Shown here in pieces: positions 35,865 through 37,988 of a DNA stretch of 37,988 bases. This stretch comes from a virus (lineage: Duplodnaviria; Heunggongvirae; Uroviricota; Caudoviricetes), in IMG/VR virus record IMGVR_UViG_2737471821_000001, positions 1 through 37,988 of that record. One strand, written 5' to 3'. The notes beneath the pieces are model-generated. The model was not told the DNA's origin, did not search any database, and worked only from the letters and a program-made list of their open reading frames with translations. The translations under genes and the position numbers were made by a program. Within the stretch, counting starts at the first letter, position 1. The number at the start of each line of letters is the position of its first letter.

Positions 35865-37979
35865 TTAATCGGTGTTGCTTTTTTCCGCTTTTCCGGCCAT
35901 TTGTGCCAGGAAGTCATAGCGTTTTTGCAAATCAGCTGCAGCATCTTTCCATAACTGTTCTGCCACTTCTGGCTGCTGCGAATTCAGCCGACGGAAACGT
36001 TGCTCGTGAAGTAACGTTTCTTCCAGTGCTTCTGACGGCGGGCGTGAATCCAAGGCCAGCGGCAGTTTGCCTTCATCGGCACGACGCGGATCAAAGCGAT
36101 ATAGCGGCCAGAAGCCGGTAGCTGTGAGTTGGCGCATCTGGTCGTGGCTGAGTGCCAGATCGTAACCATGCTCTTCACACGGGCTATAAGCAATGATCAG
36201 CGATGGCCCCGGATACGCTTCCGCTTCCTGAATCGCTTTCACCGTCTGGTTCAGCTGCGCGCCGAGAGAAATCTGCGCCACATAAACATGACCGTACATC
36301 ATCATACTGACGCCAAGATCTTTACGCGCTTTACGTTTGCCGTGCTCGCCAAATTTAGTTACTGCACCCAGCGGTGTCGCTTTCGACGCCTGACCACCGG
36401 TGTTGGAATAGCATTGCGTATCCAGCACCAGAATGTTGACGTTTTCCGTCAAACTCAATACATGATCCAGACCGCCAAAGCCGATATCGTAAGCCCAGCC
36501 ATCACCACCAATCAGCCAGATTGATTTTTCCACCAGTGCATCTGCATCACGTAGCAGTTCATGTGCTTCGGCAACATCGTTGAGTTGCTGGCGTAAAGCT
36601 GCAACCTGTTCACGACGAACCTCTGGCGTGGCGTCTGATTTCAACGCCGTCAGTAATTCCGCCGGGATTTTATCGGCAAATTGATCCAGCAGACGCAGCA
36701 CGCGGACACGGTGTTGATCGACCGTCAGGCGGAAACCAAGGCCAAATTCGGCATTATCTTCAAATAGAGAGTTCGCCCATGCCGGCCCACGACCGTTGGC
36801 ATCGGTGGTATACGGTGTAGAGGGCAGGTTACCGCCATAAATTGAAGAACAGCCAGTGGCGTTAGCGATCAACATCCGGTCGCCATAGAGCTGAGTCAGT
36901 AATTTAATATACGGCGTCTCGCCACAACCGGAGCAAGCACCTGAATATTCAAACAGCGGTGTAATCAGCTGCGATGTACGAATATCAATACGTTCCAGTT
37001 TGCTACGGTCGATTTCTGGCAGGTTGAGGAAGAAATCGTAATTGATTTTCTCTTCTTCGACATGTTCCAGGCGAGACATCATATTGATGGCTTTAATCTC
37101 TGGATTCTGACGGTCTTTCGCCGGGCAAACTTCGACGCACAGGTTACAACCGGTGCAATCTTCCGGTGCCACCTGCAAGACATATTTCTGCCCGCGCATA
37201 TCACGCGATTTCACATCCAGCGAATGCAGGCTGGCAGGGGCGTTTTCCATCGCTTCAGGCGGCACCACTTTTGCGCGAATAGCTGAGTGTGGGCAAGCGG
37301 CAACGCAGTGGTTACATTGGGTACAGAGTTCCTCTTTCAAGATGGGGATCTCTTCGGCGATATTGCGTTTTTCCCAGCGCGTAGTGCCCATCGGCCAGGT
37401 GCCGTCTGGCGGCAGCGCCGAAACGGGGAGGGCGTCACCAAGCCCGGCGAGCATCGCAGCGGTTACGGTTTTCACGAAATCAGGGGCGGCATCGGAAACC
37501 ACTGGCGGTCGATTGGCGCTGTGCGGATTTACCGGTTGCAACGGAACTTCTTCTACGGATTCACGCGCCAGCGCCAGAGCCTGCCAGTTGCGTTCCACCA
37601 GATCCTGGCCTTTGCTACTGTAACTTTTGGCAATCGCACCCTGCAATTCTGCGAGGGCGCTATCGCCAGGCAGAATTTGCGTCAGATGGAAAAAAGCCAT
37701 CTGCATGACGGTATTAATACGGGCCGCCAGGCCACATTCGCGGGCGATTTTCGCCGCGTTAATCACATAGAAGCGCGCTTTTTTCTGGTTTAACACGGCC
37801 TGAACTTCTTGCGGCAAGCGCGACCACACTTCATCTGCGCTGTACGGCGTGTTGAGCAGGAAAATGCCGCCAGGTTTTAAACGCTCAGCCATCTGATATT
37901 TATCGATAAACTGCAACTGGTGGCAGCCAACAAAATCAGCCTGGGAAATGAGATAAGCGGAACGAATCGGCTGTGTGTG
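35865..37979 (-). CDS. ydbK: pyruvate:flavodoxin/ferredoxin oxidoreductase, C-terminal ~700 codons (partial; the N-terminal part lies beyond the window edge)
   Basis: 4Fe-4S ferredoxin motifs (CTQCNHCVAACP, CTGCNLCVEVCP) and a TPP-binding region (GGDGWAYDIGFGGLDHV). The frame is open upstream of the track start to 37979. Confidence 0.85.
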   Translation of the reverse strand, partial: HTQPIRSAYLISQADFVGCHQLQFIDKYQMAERLKPGGIFLLNTPYSADEVWSRLPQEVQAVLNQKKARFYVINAAKIARECGLAARINTVMQMAFFHLTQILPGDSALAELQGAIAKSYSSKGQDLVERNWQALALARESVEEVPLQPVNPHSANRPPVVSDAAPDFVKTVTAAMLAGLGDALPVSALPPDGTWPMGTTRWEKRNIAEEIPILKEELCTQCNHCVAACPHSAIRAKVVPPEAMENAPASLHSLDVKSRDMRGQKYVLQVAPEDCTGCNLCVEVCPAKDRQNPEIKAINMMSRLEHVEEEKINYDFFLNLPEIDRSKLERIDIRTSQLITPLFEYSGACSGCGETPYIKLLTQLYGDRMLIANATGCSSIYGGNLPSTPYTTDANGRGPAWANSLFEDNAEFGLGFRLTVDQHRVRVLRLLDQFADKIPAELLTALKSDATPEVRREQVAALRQQLNDVAEAHELLRDADALVEKSIWLIGGDGWAYDIGFGGLDHVLSLTENVNILVLDTQCYSNTGGQASKATPLGAVTKFGEHGKRKARKDLGVSMMMYGHVYVAQISLGAQLNQTVKAIQEAEAYPGPSLIIAYSPCEEHGYDLALSHDQMRQLTATGFWPLYRFDPRRADEGKLPLALDSRPPSEALEETLLHEQRFRRLNSQQPEVAEQLWKDAAADLQKRYDFLAQMAGKAEKSNTD

Positions 37980-37988
37980 TCACGAAGG

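Noticed and set aside
37062-37793. Plus-strand ORFs of 74-168 aa inside ydbK
   Set aside because: They are antisense to a highly confident PFOR coding region with conserved cofactor motifs.
37971-37988. In-frame TGA (minus strand, 37980..37982) that would truncate ydbK six nucleotides from the window edge
   Set aside because: It is too close to the window boundary to tell a real premature stop or frameshift from an edge artefact. The full gene needs about 470 more codons upstream, so no pseudogene call is made.

Overview
This window holds the right-hand ~33 kb of a Rac-type lambdoid prophage followed by core genes uspF, ompN, the sRNA micC and a partial ydbK (pyruvate:flavodoxin oxidoreductase). 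The prophage runs ydaF/ydaG, racR, ydaS, ydaT, ydaU, a DnaC-like loader, a nin-like region with a Hok-family toxin and a Q-like gene, then a cargo membrane protein, a tRNA cluster, a holin-like gene, head-like genes and a complete contractile-tail module (sheath, tube, frameshifted chaperone, tape measure, baseplate, tail fibre, Tfa). No terminase, portal or endolysin candidate is visible, so the element looks defective. Two AT-rich cargo insertions are the best candidates for an undescribed (possibly anti-phage) system: a single PD-(D/E)XK nuclease-domain gene inside the baseplate cluster (25333..26493), and a two-gene operon of an unknown protein plus an HTH-XRE/ImmA-peptidase fusion at the prophage right end (31462..33236). 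All calls come from reading the sequence and from recalled family features; no database search was run, so family assignments are hypotheses.
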